A DNA stretch of 63,812 nucleotides, counting the filler, from Octopus bimaculoides (Eukaryota): NCBI RefSeq assembly GCF_001194135.2. It is 5 parts of 5 records of this genome, joined end to end, with 100 filler letters (N's around TTAATTAATTAA, not from the genome) between each part and the next. Parts side by side here need not be neighbours in the genome. Positions count along the whole stretch, not along the records: positions 27,635 to 57,540 come from NC_068986.1; positions 57,641 to 61,780 come from NW_026383584.1; positions 61,881 to 63,812 come from NW_026339486.1; 2 more parts are not named here. The stretch is one strand, 5' to 3'. The notes beneath the pieces are model-generated. The model was not told the origin of the DNA. It made no database searches and saw nothing but the letters and a program-made list of their open reading frames with translations. Below, piece by piece: positions 51,805-63,812 of the stretch; within the stretch, counting starts at the first letter, position 1; the number at the start of each line of letters is the position of its first letter. Made by a program: the position numbers and the translations under genes.

Positions 51805-52490
51805 TTTCGAAGTTTTGGCACAAGGCCAGCAATTTCTGGGTAGTGGTTACGTTGATCACATCGACCCCAGTACTCAACTGGTACTTATTTTATCAACCCC
51901 GATGGGTTGAAATACAAAGTCGACCTCGACAGAATTTGAACTCAGGATGTAGCGACGGCTGAGATACCGTTGAGCATTTTGCCCAGTGTGCTAACGATTC
52001 TGCCAGTTGGTCGCCTTCATCCATATTTAATATAGGTTTCTAATTTTGGCACAACGCCAGAAATTTCGGTGGTAGGGGCGGAGAGTAAGTCAGTTACATC
52101 GACCCCGGTACATGACTGGTACTTATTTTATCGACTTGGAAAGGATGAAAGGCAAAGTTGACCTCGGCTGAGTTTGAACTCAGAAAGTAACGAAGAGCGA
52201 AATGCCGCTGAACATTTTATGTCCGGCGTGTTAAAGATTGTGCCAGCTGGTCACCTTCATCCATATTTAATATCCTTTTCTACTCTAGAAACAAGGCCTA
52301 GTCGATTAGATCGACCCCAGTACGTAACTGGTACTTAATTTATCGACCCCGAAAGGATGAAACGCAAAGTCGACCACGGCGGAATTTGAACTCAGAACGT
52401 AAAGACAGACGAAATGCCGCTAAGCATTTCGCCCGGCGTGCTAATGATTCTGCCAACTGGTCCCCTTCATCTATATACTTAATATAAATA
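51805..52490 (-). mobile_element. Three head-to-tail family A SINEs
   Basis: Three complete copies, each abutting catccatatttaatat-like sequence. Confidence 0.85.
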
Positions 52491-53869
52491 TCAATTTGTG
52501 CTGGTCGCCATCGAGGCACCAGGTGTTCTCAGATCCCTCCTCCCGTTGCCGATTTCCTCCACAAAATCAAGATTACTGCGGCCTGTCAGGGAAATGAATC
52601 CCGCGAAGTGGGTTCGCTACTGCAATGAGTACCACTTGCCATTCTCTGCGGCTTGACGAGGCGCAGCTAAACACGCCATTTGTTCCTTCCTCCATCTCCT
52701 GCTGCTTGCCCCACCTTTTCCCCTTTTTCTTTGTTTCCTCGATAGTATGATCTTTATTCTTTTAATAGTCTTTTTTTTTCCTTCTCTTCTTGTAAAAACT
52801 TGTTTAATAAAAACCAAGTCTAATATCGTATCAATAACTCCCTGTGATGAATTCCCATGGAAGTATTTTATAAGCGGCGACCGAAAATTACATAAAAACG
52901 GTTAGGTTTTCTTCACCACAGACTAAATATATTCCATTCATGAACAACTTCTAATCATCTACTAACACGCCTCGTTAAATAAGAAATCAATCAATCAATC
53001 AATCAGTCTTTGTTTATTAATATTTATTGATCTACTTGACATATACATTCATTACAGAATCAATTGTTTAGTTCTCCTTATATTACGTCTATCATCATGA
53101 ATTTAATTACAGCGTTTGTAAACCCTCAAGCTACAGAGATTGTAACTGATGTCAACCCGGGTCAACCCAGGTCAACCCCTGCGAGTGAACGAAACAGTGC
53201 TCGATCACCTAAATTACCTTTCCCTGAATTAACATGTAAGTGGTCGAGTATTCCACAGACACGTGACACTTAACATAATTTCCGGGTAGAATCAGCATGA
53301 CACAGTATTTAACAAAACTGTACCTTTTAATTTACTGGTAGAAGACACGTGACAAGCTTCCATACAGTTTCCATGAAAATAATTTCAGTCATAATGTATG
53401 GTTCTACCGAAGGTAATCGAAAATGGCATTTGCCTAAGATGCCACATTATCTGAGCGAATCTGCGAGCTGGTGGTTGAAACTCCAACTTTTTAATCATTC
53501 GGCCATATCGGTAATACTGTCGCAAAAACAACAACAATGGCTGAATTTATGTGCAAAGGGCCGAGTATTCCTCAGACACGTATCATCAATGTAATTTCTA
53601 GAATGAATCAGCGTGGAGCTCATGGAACAAAGTTGTACCCTTCGAATTACAAATATCCGCTGGAGGGGCTTCCATAGTTTTCGACCACCCAATTTCGCTT
53701 TCAAGATACGGGTCAATCCGGAGTTATAGAAATAAAAATAACACGCCCAAGGTGTCATGCTGTGGGATCGAACCTGGGACCAAGTGGTTGCAAAGGGAAC
53801 TATTTAATCATTCGCCCATATCCGTTATAACGTCGAAAAAAAACCGCAGCAACGACTGCAATAATCTTT

Positions 53870-54095
53870 TCTACTAAAGGCGCAAGGCATGAATTTTATT
53901 TTGGTGGGGGTCGGGGTCGGGAACTAGTCGATTGCATCGACCCCAGTGTCTCACTGGTACTTAATTTATCGACCCCCCGAAAGTATGAAAGGCAAAGTCG
54001 ACCTTGGCGGAATGTGAACTCAGAACATTTACATGGACGACATGCCGCTAAGCATTTCGTCCGGCATGCAAACGATTCTGTCAGCTCTCCCCCTT
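53870..54095 (-). mobile_element. Family A SINE
   Basis: Same conserved body as the other copies. Confidence 0.8.
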
Positions 54096-55422
54096 AACAA
54101 CTGCAATAATAATATGTAATAAAATTATTCGTTTCAACCACCACCACCACCACCCTACCNNNNNNNNNNNNNNNNNNNNNNNNNNNNNNNNNNNNNNNNN
54201 NNNNNNNNNNNNNNNNNNNNNNNNNNNNNNNNNNNNNNNNNNNNNNNNNNNNNNNNNNNNNNNNNNNNNNNNNNNNNNNNNNNNNNNNNNNNNNNNNNNN
54301 NNNNNNNNNNNNNNNNNNNNNNNNNNNNNNNNNNNNNNNNNNNNNNNNNNNNNNNNNNNNNNNNNNNNNNNNNNNNNNNNNNNNNNNNNNNNNNNNNNNN
54401 NNGCCGCCACTGCCGCCGCCACCGCAGCCGCCACTGCCGCTACCGCTATTATGGCAACAGCAACAGCAATAAGAACAAATTTGATACCAACAGCAGGCAT
54501 GAAGATAAGGTTGATAAAAATCAACAAATAATCAGAAAGCTAACACAATAACTACGGTAACAAAGATGGCATCAGCGCGATAGTATGAAGGAACATTGAG
54601 CAGACGACAGCATCAAATATAGTATTGAACACATAATAACTGCAAGAATTAATAACAGTCAAGACTAAAACAAGCTTTAGATTATACATTAACATTATCG
54701 AAGCCAAATAGTTTCTGACACATGCTTGCTAATATTAGTCTACTTGCTGCTGTTGCTGCAGTTTCTGCTGCTATGATGACGTAAATATCATATCAGAAAC
54801 CAAAGTGACAACGTTGCAAAATATTGCAGTTTCGGTAGACATTGCAAAGCGTTGCAATTTAGTAGACACAATTAAGGCTGTAAACATTGGCACATTGATA
54901 TAAACGATCTGTTTGGTAAGAGTCCGTCTCGTGGCAACGGACCGATTAGCAAGGAATCATACATTTGTGTTTCTCGTCTCTTGGTTTATATGTTTCATTG
55001 CGTTTGTTTTTGTTTTTTTTTAAGTTTGCTTTTGGGTTTTGTGAATCAACCAACCAAGAGTTAAGATGGATGATGTTTGAGGTTCTAATAGACAGAAATA
55101 CAATTTGGAAATGAATGAAACAAGAAAATACGCTCTGTTAGTTTAGAGAGGACCTCTGTTTGAGCCGCAATTAATATAACTTTAATAACATATTGTGTAT
55201 ATTGTTTCGGCTTCTGTGTGAAGGCTGACGTAAAGACAAGACATTTGACGGAAGTTCGTTTGTAGGCATGACTGTTTGGTGAAGAAAATCGATTTGCAGT
55301 CATGCGGTATCAAGTTCAGTCTCACTGCACCCCGTTCTGGGTGTCTTCTAAACTCCAGGGCCGACCGATGCCTTGGGAGTGAATGTGGTAGACGGAAACA
55401 GTGTGGAAGCCTATCGTATATT

Positions 55423-55459
<37 letters not shown>

Positions 55460-57331
55460 GTGTGTGCGTGCGTGCGTGTGTGTGTGTGATCGTGTGTATG
55501 TGTGTGTGTGTTTTTAGGTCTGTGTTTCTCATCCCTCCACCGTTTGACAACAGGTGTTAGTTTGGTTACATCCCTGTAATATAGCGGTTCGGCAAAAGAG
55601 ACCGAGAGAATAAGTTTGAGTCTTTCATTAAAAAATGACTAGGTCCCCCAACATATTTGACTGATATGTCCCCTTTATACGTATATGCCATGTTTATTTT
55701 ATCGATCACAAAAACAAGAATGACAAAACGTTCCTCTACAGCTTTCAACTCGGAAGTCCGAAACTAAATAATGCCGGTCATTCAATTCAACCTTCTTGTG
55801 TATGTAGCACTGTATTCCCGACATTCCTAACTGTTCTAAAAGATACAAAAGGTATTTATTCTTACAAGGAACTTCGCGGTCTTGTTCTGCTGTCGACTCT
55901 TAATTCCTCGATGGAGTACCGTAGTGGCGTAGCGCATGTCATGAACTCTTCAAGGTTTGGCTGAGACCATTCTTTTCCAAGTCTGATCACTACCAATTTT
56001 ATTCCAGAAAGTTAGACAGAAAGAAAGAAAGTAAAAGAGGTGGGGAAGATTAACCCGGGACTGGTACTTTATTTATCGATCCCAAAATGATGAAAAACAA
56101 AATTGGCTTTGAAGGGATGTGAGCTCAGAGCAAAGACAGTTAGAATGGTTACCAGAAAGTAATTTGTACGACGCTTTAGCGATTCAGCCAATTAGTCGTT
56201 TGTGGGATGTACTTGCTTGTAACGAACACAAGTCAAGTGGTTTCAATAAAAGAAGAGTAGATTAGTGAAACTAAATGTGTAAGATATTCTAACTCATCTC
56301 GAAAGACAGTGAATTTTGGTTTTGCTTCTAACAAACTTCAGTATTTCTTCTACCAAACTTCGGTATTGCACCGAACCAAAAGAGGTAAATTACCCTTTGA
56401 AGAGGAAATAAATGGATTAGGAAAAAAGCTACAAAATAACGATAGCATGTTAGGAAAGAATGTTTCTCAAGAAAGAAAGTTGTTTCCACAATAGCATTTA
56501 CCATTGTATTCTTCCAAAATAAACACAATTTCTTAGAAATTACCGAAGTTGGTAAAATCGATAATCAGATATGCATTACATGATAATTCTTGAATTATCC
56601 AAGTTAAATTGAAATGAGCCTGACACTCGATGACTTAAATCGTTTTATCTGTGTTCTTTTTTCCCCTTTAATTCTGTTTTTTATTCTATAATGAACTCTG
56701 TTCATATCCATTTCAGTCCTTGTTAACTGCGAAATGGAAGTGACAGGGTTCAGAGTAATGCGGCTAATGTTAAGACAGACTTCTTGTCGATTATCATACA
56801 GGGTGAGGCCAAACACCACCTAAATCCGCCATTGCTGATAGATGATTCAATAACAATATGCGTCAGCCTACATCAAAATAGTAACGATGTGTGTTCNNNN
56901 NNNNNNNNNNNNNNNNNNNNNNNNNNNNNNNNNNNNNNNNNNNNNNNNNNNNNNNNNNNNNNNNNNNNNNNNNNNNNNNNNNNNNNNNNNNNNNNNATAT
57001 GTGTGTGTGTGTAAATGTAAGTATATTTATATCTCTCTATATATATGTGTGTATGTGTGTGTATGTGTATATATATGTGTGTATGTGTGTGTGTGTGTGT
57101 GTGTGTGAGTGTGTGTGAGTAAAATCAAAGAAGAATGAAAGACAAAAAGGACAGGTAGCCATTGGATGATCCCTATTTCTCTCTGTCTCTCTCTCTCTCT
57201 GTCACTCTCTCTCTGTCTCTCTCTCTCTCTGTCTCTCTCTCTCTCTCTGAATGTCTGTCTCTCTCTGTCTCTCTGACTGTCTGTCTCTCTCTGTCTCTCC
57301 CTCCCTCCCTGTCTGTCTGTCTGTCTGTCTC

Positions 57332-57381
<50 letters not shown>

Positions 57382-58409
57382 TTCTGTTTCTTTACGCCTC
57401 ACCTTCAGATTAATTTCGTCCTCCGACTCACATCCTTTCTCTTACTATATTCTATTCTTTCAATATATTCGAACCATTCTTTCAAGATCGTCCTTGCTCT
57501 CTTCCACTTTCTTTCTCTCCCTTTCTCCCCCCCCTCTCTCNNNNNNNNNNNNNNNNNNNNNNNNNNNNNNNNNNNNNNNNNNNNTTAATTAATTAANNNN
57601 NNNNNNNNNNNNNNNNNNNNNNNNNNNNNNNNNNNNNNNNTATATATATATATATATACACGCGCGCGCGTGCGTGTGCCCGCTCTCGCATACACACATA
57701 TACACACGCACGCACGCACACACACACACATACACACACACACATATACATCTGTATATTTAAAACTCTACTCCTGTGTCCCATATCTGTGCACATGTGT
57801 GTGTGTAAATCTCTCTCGCTCTCTCTCTCTCACGCACACACACACATGTATATATATAATTCCATACAGAGCAATGTGTAGTTACAGCAATTCAAACATA
57901 TGTTGGTCATTGTTATATATATGCTGTAGATAACTTTTTTAATAAAAAGTTTTGAATGTGAATAAATCTCCACTCTCCTTTTCTGTATATATATATATAT
58001 ATNNNNNNNNNNNNNNNNNNNNNNNNNNNNNNNNNNNNNNNNNNNNNNNNNNNNNNNNNNNNNNNNNNNNNNNNNNNNNNNNNNNNNNNNNNNNNNNNNN
58101 NNNNNNNNNNNNNNNNNNNNNNNNNNNNNNNNNNNNNNNNNNNNNNNNNNNNNNNNNNNNNNNNNNNNNNNNNNNNNNNNNNNNNNNNNNNNNNNNNNNN
58201 NNNNNNNNNNNNNNNNNNNNNNNNNNNNNNNNNNNNNNNNNNNNNNNNNNNNNNNNGGGTGAGGCAGAGAGGACAGATGTTTTTTTTAAATTTCACAAAA
58301 TCATTAATTTTAGCTGTAAACAAATTTTATTGACATCAATGTGTTCGTATTGAATTAGCATTTGTCAAAATCAAGTGTAGAGAACAAACATCTATCATGT
58401 GGTGTCCGT

Positions 58410-58995
58410 TTTCATTGATGCATTTCTAAAGGCGTTCTTGGAAGTTGGCCTCCACTCTCCGTAACATTGCTCTAACGATTTGGGCGACTTCCACGCGAAT
58501 AGCTTCCATCAGATCGTCCAATGCACGGGGCTTATGCACACACACACACATACACACGTGTCTTGAGGTTTCCCCACAAAAAACAATCACACATGGACAA
58601 ATCAGGGGACCGAGGGAGCCAAGCAATATCAGCAAATCTGGAAATTAGCCGGTCACCGAAGAGAGGGCGAAGAGCGTCCATTGATGCTCTGGCTGTGTGG
58701 GCTGTTGCCCCATCCTGCTGAAACCACGAACGTCGAATAAGCATGCGATTTGGTCGTAATTCAGGCACAAAGAAGCTGTTTATTATCTCGATGTAACGCT
58801 TAGAGTTCACAGTAACAGCATTTCCATGATTGTCTTCAAAGAAATAAGGACCAATGACGGCAGCTTTTCCAACAGCACACCAGACCGTCATTTTGGGGTT
58901 GTGCAGCGATCTTTCGTGCAGTTCTCTCGGATTTTCAAGAGGTCAGTAACGACAGCTCTGTTGATTCACCATGGTATTAAGATGAAAATGAGCTT
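58410..58995 (-). mobile_element. DD41D (rosa-type) Tc1/mariner transposase relic, interrupted by a microsatellite
   Basis: VWCAV...IGPYFFE...WFQQDGATAHTA...WLPRSPDLSMCDCFLWG. 41 residues were counted between the second and third catalytic Asp. Confidence 0.8.
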
Positions 58996-59419
58996 CATCA
59001 CTCATTAACAAAATGGAGTTGTCATTTGCCTCAAAAATTGTGTATGTGTCACTGTGAACAAGTGGTGTACATGTGTGTAGTGTATGTATGTGGGCAAAAG
59101 TTATCTTTGTCTCTGTGTGTTGCGTGTGTGTGTATATATTTTCTGTGTTCAGGTATTGTGTGCTTGTGTGGGTGTAGGAGTGTGCATGATGGTGTGTGGT
59201 GTGTGTGCTGAGTTATATAGTGGTATGTGTGGTGAGGCTATTGAAGATTTTGTGTGGGTGTGTGAATAACGGTGTGTGGTGTGGGTGTTGAGAAGTGTGT
59301 GTGGAGCCGGAAGGTGTTGTGTGTGTGTAATGGTGTGTGGAGTGAGTGATGAGTTGAACAGTGTGTATGGGTGAGTGTATAGGGACGATGATGGGTGAAA
59401 GTACCGAGGTGAGCGGTAT

Positions 59420-59514
59420 AAGTATGTATGTATGTATGCATGTATGTATGCATGCATGCAGGCATGTATGTATGTATGTATGTATGTATGTATGTATGCA
59501 TGTATGTATGTATG

Positions 59515-59545
<31 letters not shown>
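59420..59545. repeat. Representative microsatellite, (TATG)n. The window has dozens of (TA)n, (CA)n, (GA)n, (TAGA)n, (TATG)n, (ATT)n and (CAT)n tracts, many flanking gaps.
   Basis: Direct inspection. Confidence 0.95.
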
Positions 59546-59546
<1 letters not shown>

Positions 59547-61109
59547 CTTCATCAGTTGTCGGCTGTCTATCTACTCCTCATTTCGAGCATTGAACCACAA
59601 TATGAGTCTTCGAAGACAGTTGCTCCCATAAGTACCAAAATAAAATTTATGGAGGGTCAAAGTTGGGAATAAAACCAAGACAGTGGAGACATACAAAGAA
59701 ACCGAACGAAAACAAACATGGAGGGTTATTAGATCAGAACGAGGGTAAAATGGCAAACGCTGGAGAAATATTTTCTTTGACAAAAGGAAAGATAAAAGAG
59801 AGAGATAGGATAGTCCAGTCCTTAGGACAGTCCTGAAAAAAAAGTAAGATGATCACCTGAGGAAAAGAAAGATGGACGATGGTCACGTGTGAGCAACAAG
59901 AGAGAGAACAGGAGAAAGAGGGAGAGAGAGAGAGAGACATAGAAAATGGTGAAGGGGAGAAAAAGGAATTAGAGAAAGGATGAGAGAGAAAATGATGGGA
60001 GAGAAAAACAGTGTAGAGTCGCATCAAAAGGATTAAGATAAACTTACTTAGAAATGGATACGTGGCGTTTAATCAAATAATAATATAAATAATACATATA
60101 TATATTTATATATATATATATATATATACGTATACATATACACACACATATATACATATATATATACATANNNNNNNNNNNNNNNNNNNNNNNNNNNNNN
60201 NNNNNNNNNNNNNNNNNNNNNNNNNNNNNNNNNNNNNNNNNNNNNNNNNNNNNNNNNNNNNNNNNNNNNNNNNNNNNNNNNNNNNNNNNNNNNNNNNNNN
60301 NNNNNNNNNNNNNNNNNNNNNNNNNNNNNNNNNNNNNNNNNNNNNNNNNNNNNNNNNNNNNNNNNNNNNNNNNNNNNNNNNNNNNNNNNNNNNNNNNNNN
60401 NNNNNNNNNNNNNNNNNNNNNNNNNNNNNNNNNNNNNNNNNNNNNNNNNNNNNNNNNNNNNNNNNNNNNNNNNNNNNNNNNNNNNNNNNNNNNNNNNNNN
60501 NNNNNNNNNNNNNNNNNNNNNNNNNNNNNNNNNNNNNNNNNNNNNNNNNNNNNNNNNNNNNNNNNNNNNNNNNNNNNNNNNNNNNNNNNNNNNNNNNNNN
60601 NNNNNNNNNNNNNNNNNNNNNNNNNNNNNNNNNNNNNNNNNNNNNNNNNNNNNNNNNNNNNNNNNNNNNNNNNNNNNNNNNNNNNNNNNNNNNNNNNNNN
60701 NNNNNNNNNNNNNNNNNNNNNNNNNNNNNNNNNGTGTGTGTACGAAAGCAAATGAGTTCAATACGCAAACAACGAGAGAAACAAATGGAAAACAGGACAA
60801 GTAACATAAAGAACGACCCTTCATCAGTTGTCGGCTGTCTACCTTCTCCTCATTTCAAGCATTGAACCCCAATATGAGTCTTCGATGCTACCATAAGTAC
60901 CAAAATAAAATTTTGGATTTATGGAGGTTCAAAGTTGAGAACAAAATCAGGACAGTTGATTCATTCAAGGAAATTGAACGAAAGCAAACATGGAGGGTCG
61001 TTAGACCAGAACGAGGGTAAAATAGCGAACGCTGGAGAAATATGTATGTATGTTTGTGTGTATGTATGTATGTATGTATGTATGTATGTATGTATGTATG
61101 TATGTATGT

Positions 61110-61420
61110 ATCGTAAGGTGTTGTCACTACGAAAGAACGTCTCTATGGTAATTTACCACCAGTATCACACGTTATCTGAAGAAGAAAAAAATTTGCAGGA
61201 CATTGCTGGATACAAAACAAGATCATCAGCGACGTTCTTTTTCGGGAACCGAAGCGTGGATACGCAGATGCTGGTAGACCACATCGGACCTATGTACATA
61301 AAGCAACAGTGCGATGACTCCGAGTGCACTCGAGAAGACTTAACACGTGCAATGGCGGACGGAACAGACTGGAGAGAAGGTGTCACGGCGATCTGTGCAG
61401 TAAGAACGACCGGATAATGT
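61110..61420 (+). mobile_element. RTE-type LINE extreme 3' end
   Basis: MYIKQQCDDSECTREDLTRAMADGTDWREGVTAICA resembles the RTE C-terminal M.DR..WR motif. Confidence 0.55.
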
Positions 61421-62856
61421 GATGTAGGTATCATTTAATGAATGCAGGAGTTAAATGTGAGTGAGTTAGTCCAAGTTTCGAATTCGGAAAGTGCTGCAAT
61501 CGAACGATAAAACTGATATAAGGGGACGGAAAAATTAAATATCCACCTATACGCAAATACGCATTCATTTTTGAATCGCTCAACAGACAAACTGTTTTTA
61601 AAAACATGCATTGTTAACGCTATTTTGTAATTGTTTTCTATAAATTATTCTACAACACAGAGAATTATATTTATCATTTTAACCGATTTATATAAATTCC
61701 CATTAGATGAAATCAGGTCGATAAGTGTTAACTTCTGGTGATTAATGCTAAAAACTACAAATATATATATATATATATATNNNNNNNNNNNNNNNNNNNN
61801 NNNNNNNNNNNNNNNNNNNNNNNNTTAATTAATTAANNNNNNNNNNNNNNNNNNNNNNNNNNNNNNNNNNNNNNNNNNNNCAACCTTGGTAGCAAGATAT
61901 TTTGCAAACTGCATCTTCTTGAAGTTCTGTCTGTGGAATAATTGTAACAGACTAACTTTCTATTAATGTAAGTATATATTAAGATTTACATTCAAGAACT
62001 TTACAAGAAAGAATGCATAATTTATTTTAATGAAATTATTTACTCATTCCTTACTTTTCATTCACTTCACTCTATTACCACATTTTCATTTTTTATTTTT
62101 CTTAATCTTACTTTATATAATATTGTGCTACTACATAGGGTGTCCTGAAATTAAGGCAACCGGTTACAACATTCACTAACTATAAATAAATGTGATAAAA
62201 TATGAAAATTATACATCATTATAAAAGCTTACTGTGTCATCTTTTTATTTCAAACTAAATAAATTCAGGTTTATACATTAGATAAAGGCTATACACCGAA
62301 ATACATTCATAACCCCCACACAAAGGAGGCAAAAGTAATACAACTATAGCAAAAAGGCTTAACAATAACCAAACAACATTATAAACAAGGCCATGTATTC
62401 TGACAAAAATAGACAAATCTGCCTCTAAACATATATTATTTTCTTCAGAAAGTGAGAGGGCACATGGTATACATTGACTAAATCTTACAGTGTCCCTATA
62501 AAATACACGGTAATCAGGCCTAGGATATTGTCATCACAAATGTATGGAATGAGTAGCTGAAATAGGCATGATATAATGTAAATAACAACTGAAAAATAAA
62601 AGTACATCAATTCAGTTGAACATTCACCCTCACCTTCTTGATTCTTCTTCTTANNNNNNNNNNNNNNNNNNNNNNNNNNNNNNNNNNNNNNNNNNNNNNN
62701 NNNNNNNNNNNNNNNNNNNNNNNNNNNNNNNNNNNNNNNNNNNNNNNNNNNNNNNNNNNNNNNNNNNNNNNNNNNNNNNNNNNNNNNNNNNNNNNNNNNN
62801 NNNNNNNNNNNNNNNNNNNNNNNNNNNNNNNAATTCAGTTGAACATTCACCCTCAC

Positions 62857-62976
62857 CTTCTTGATTCTTCTTCTTATCAGCTCCATCATTTCCTTTCTTG
62901 CCTTGTTCATTTCCATTTTCTTCCTGTTTGCATTCTCGTTCTTTTGCTGAAGCTTGTCCTATTACCCCAGTTGTTT
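62857..62976 (-). CDS. Candidate 120-bp internal exon of an unidentified gene (E/K/G-rich peptide ETTGVIGQASAKERECKQEENGNEQGKKGNDGADKKKNQE)
   Basis: Acceptor atatttcttcag|A, donor AAG|gtgagg, length a multiple of 3, phase 1-1, open frame. Confidence 0.45.
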
Positions 62977-63389
62977 CTGAAGAAATATTAACATAATAAC
63001 CATTAGGAATATACAGTATAATGCTCAAAGTCATGAAAGTGTTGTTTTACTCTAGTTTTACCCATTCAGTCTCAGAATATGCCAACTTAATAAGTGATAT
63101 GTACCATAAGAATTGTGAGTGAATTCGCAAATATATAATGATTCCTCATACACTTTTGTTTTCTTTCTTACACTTATTTTAACATGGAGGCTCTAACAAA
63201 ATCATGAACAAATTGTAACATTGAAAATAACTCGTAAAAATAATTGTGAGTTCAGTAAACAGTTACAAGCATGCAAGAAAACTGTTTCTTAATGACTGGA
63301 AAACATGTAAACAGTAGAAACAATCTCCCCAAAAGCACATCTGTGAGGAAGGATGGTGATGATGATAAATTTTGGAAAATATCCCATAC

Positions 63390-63503
63390 TTCGCATTGGT
63401 GTTCCATCAATGTAAAACCCAAATGTGCCAGTCCTGAGAGAAATTGTTAAAATGGTATGCTCCGTTTTCAGCAAAGAGATTGAGAACAGGTCAGGCTTTA
63501 CAG
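63390..63503 (-). CDS. Candidate 114-bp internal exon of an unidentified gene (VKPDLFSISLLKTEHTILTISLRTGTFGFYIDGTPMR)
   Basis: Acceptor atttcattcag|C, donor CGAA|gtatgg, phase 1-1, open frame compatible with the exon at 62857-62976. Confidence 0.4.
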
Positions 63504-63812
63504 CTGAATGAAATACTAAAGGTTATAGTGAAAGCTATGTGTATCTATATTACAAAGTAAATATATGTACAAATATATTGAAATATGTACATATATACAC
63601 AGAATTGTGTGTACAAGTGTAGGTGTGTAAGTGTGACTGCTTTTCTGAAACTTTGTATTGAATTCACTTGAGGGTTGCAAGGGGATAATACCCTCATAAA
63701 AGCAATGAAATTCATGTCTAATGTTCTGTAAGAACATGTCTGGCCATGAAAAGTATTGTCTCATCTAGAAATATACTTAGCTTATTCTTTTCTACACACA
63801 CACACACACATG

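Noticed and set aside
59540-61045. Repeat family containing CTGATGAAG on the minus strand (about 16830, 59545, 60810) as possible hammerheads
   Set aside because: No stem II plus GAAA partner was found downstream; treated as an ordinary dispersed repeat.
62610-62875. Direct repeat of about 42 bp on both sides of a gap
   Set aside because: Exact duplication across an N gap is typical of unmerged contig overlap.
1-63812. CRISPR arrays, rRNA genes and prokaryotic operons
   Set aside because: No repeat-spacer array, rRNA-like sequence or dense coding was seen; the sequence is metazoan.

Overview
AT-rich, microsatellite-dense eukaryotic DNA with many N gaps. The SINE content and IL-17 paralogs suggest an octopus genome; this is an inference. 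Clear protein-coding genes are two convergent interleukin-17-like genes (17870-18418 +, 23353-23928 -), plus a truncated 5' paralog of the second (about 21159-21420). Two candidate in-phase exons of an unidentified minus-strand gene lie at 62857-63503. The rest is mostly mobile DNA: at least three tRNA-derived SINE families; RTE, R4/Dong-like, CRE-like and Penelope-like retroelement fragments; Tc1, mariner and DD41D transposon relics; and four long palindromic elements. The most unexpected signal is a set of minimal type I hammerhead ribozyme motifs found by eye. One lies in a 525-bp palindrome (1624-1666 -), an outward-facing pair lies in the arms of an 834-bp inverted-repeat element (9165-9236 -, 9863-9934 +), one follows a tRNA-like head (42905-42950 +), and degenerate versions occur at 16316, 25331/25545 and 44570. 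Together they suggest palindromic and tRNA-headed ribozyme-carrying non-autonomous elements, probably derived from Penelope-like pLTRs. All calls are from visual inspection; no database searches or folding programs were run, and many repeat boundaries are approximate.
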